A stretch of 40,941 nucleotides of DNA, taken from the NCBI GenBank assembly GCA_046759445.1, contig JBHICG010000026.1:1-40941 (forward strand), given 5' to 3'. A program made the translations under genes and the position numbers. Shown here in pieces: positions 39,504-40,941 of this stretch; the first letter of the stretch is position 1; each line of letters begins with the position of its first letter. The notes under the pieces are model-generated. The model was given only the letters and a program-made list of their open reading frames with translations, had not been told where the DNA came from and searched no databases. This stretch comes from Candidatus Scalinduaceae bacterium. GTDB lineage: Bacteria > Planctomycetota > Brocadiia > Brocadiales > Scalinduaceae.

Positions 39504-40941
39504 ATGTCACAAGATTTCACTATATCACAATTTATAAGAGCAAGGTTTTCTTGTTTTTCTCCTTTAGTTTTCATATCTTTTTTAGCCTTAATATTATTTG
39601 TTTCAACCACAAATGTCTATTCTGCTCAAGTTACGTTATCATGGAATGCAAACAGCGAACCTGATCTTGCTGGTTACAAACTATACCATGGAACTTCGAG
39701 TAGGAATTATGATACCATTATTGATGTTGGTAACAAGACAAGTCACACAATCTCAAACCTTATAGAAGGTGAGACTTACTATATTGCGCTAACTGCATAC
39801 GATATATTTAATAATGAAAGCGCTTTCTCTTCAGAAGTAGTTTATGTTGTTCCGATTGTTCCGATAGTTGACACTACACCACCTTCAATACCAACTAGTC
39901 CTGTAGCAACACCTGTTTCCACAACCCAGATTGATTTATCCTGGAATGCTTCAACGGATAACGTAGGGGTAACAGGCTACAGAATATACAGAGATGGGTC
40001 TCAAGTTGGTGATGTTTCCAGCACTACATATCAAGACACAGGATTGAGTCTTTCAACAACCTATACATACACCGTTTCTGCATATGATGCAGCAGGAAAC
40101 GAATCAGGACAGTCAACGGATGTTTCTGCAACTACTTTGTCTTCAGTTGACACTACACCACCTTCAATACCAACTAGTCCTGTGGCAACACCTGTTTCCA
40201 CAACCCAGATCGATTTATCCTGGAATGCTTCAACGGACAACGTAGGGGTAACAGGTTACAGAATATACAGAAATGGGTCTCAAGTTGGTGATGTTTCCAG
40301 CACTACATATCAAGACACAGGATTAAGCCCATCAACAACCTATACATACACCGTCTCTGCCTATGATGCAGCAGGGAACGAATCAGGACAGTCAACGGGT
40401 GTTTCTGCAACTACTTTGTCTTCATTTGACATTACGCCACCTTCGATACCATTTAGACTCTTTGCTACAACCATTTCCACAATCCAGATCGATTTATCCT
40501 GGGACGCTTCAACGGACAACGTAGGGGTAACAGGCTACAGAATATACAGAGATGGGTCTCAAGTTGCTGATGTTTCCAGCACTACATATCATGACACAGG
40601 ATTAAGTCCATCAACAACCTATACCTATACCGTCTCTGCCTATGATGCAGCAGGGAACGAGTCAGGACATTCAACGGGTGTTTCTGCAACTACTTTATCC
40701 AGCAATACAAACATAACAATCGGTGATATCGACGGAAACGGAAAGGACGATGTAGTCGTTGATTATGGATCTGGCGTTGGTGTCTGGGCAGTAATGAATA
40801 ATAGTACATGGAAAAAACTGCACGCCGTTTCGCCAGAGATCATGACAACAGCTGACATAGATGGTAACGGGCAGGAGGATGTCTTCATTGATTTTGGATC
40901 TGGTGTTGGTATCTGGACACTAATGAACAATAGTACATGGA
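39504..40941 (+). CDS. Secreted fibronectin type III (x4) + FG-GAP/VCBS-like repeat protein, 3'-partial
   Basis: Absent from the ORF track because there is no stop in the window. AGGAGG SD at 39491; MSQDFTISQF...signal...VYSAQVTLSWNANSEPDLAGYKLY; three DTTPPSIP...DLSWNASTDNVGVTGYRIYR...YTVSAYDAAGNES units; then GDIDGNGKDDVVVDYGSGVGVW repeats. Confidence 0.92.
   Translation, partial: MSQDFTISQFIRARFSCFSPLVFISFLALILFVSTTNVYSAQVTLSWNANSEPDLAGYKLYHGTSSRNYDTIIDVGNKTSHTISNLIEGETYYIALTAYDIFNNESAFSSEVVYVVPIVPIVDTTPPSIPTSPVATPVSTTQIDLSWNASTDNVGVTGYRIYRDGSQVGDVSSTTYQDTGLSLSTTYTYTVSAYDAAGNESGQSTDVSATTLSSVDTTPPSIPTSPVATPVSTTQIDLSWNASTDNVGVTGYRIYRNGSQVGDVSSTTYQDTGLSPSTTYTYTVSAYDAAGNESGQSTGVSATTLSSFDITPPSIPFRLFATTISTIQIDLSWDASTDNVGVTGYRIYRDGSQVADVSSTTYHDTGLSPSTTYTYTVSAYDAAGNESGHSTGVSATTLSSNTNITIGDIDGNGKDDVVVDYGSGVGVWAVMNNSTWKKLHAVSPEIMTTADIDGNGQEDVFIDFGSGVGIWTLMNNSTW
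39867..40700 (+). repeat. 279-bp tandem repeat x3 (FN3 domains)
   Basis: Units start at 39867, 40146 and 40425; highly similar at the DNA level. Confidence 0.92.

Overview
AT-rich bacterial window, organism not determinable from the sequence; the sigma54 promoter, GEMM riboswitch and TA types are compatible with a Desulfobacterota/Nitrospinota-like lineage (inference). It is dominated by a mosaic, mostly minus-strand ABC-transporter-type (wzm/wzt) surface-glycan locus of about 38 kb. The locus contains GT2/GT4/GT8-like/GT-C glycosyltransferases, a STELLO-like GT, about nine SAM-dependent methyltransferase domains, two B12-binding radical SAM enzymes, two Thr-nucleophile alkaline-phosphatase-superfamily proteins, fcl, and remnants of gmd, an epimerase and a TylF-like methyltransferase. 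Four enzymes carry WbdD/WbbB-like coiled-coil plus amphipathic-helix modules of different lengths, two expanded by near-perfect DNA tandem repeats. wzm and wzt are separated by a 4.3-kb patch of type II toxin-antitoxin genes in which several toxins are broken. The left end has a three-gene module (small YLDPGSGS membrane protein, NoeA-like kinase/methyltransferase, LtaS-like membrane transferase). The right end has a sigma54 promoter and c-di-GMP-I riboswitch ahead of a secreted FN3/FG-GAP-like repeat protein that is missing from the ORF track; a related repeat protein ends at the left edge. An identical 87-bp triple-hairpin element occurs twice, 31.8 kb apart. No tRNA, rRNA, CRISPR array, integrase or transposase was seen. 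All family calls come from motif recognition by eye, not from database searches.
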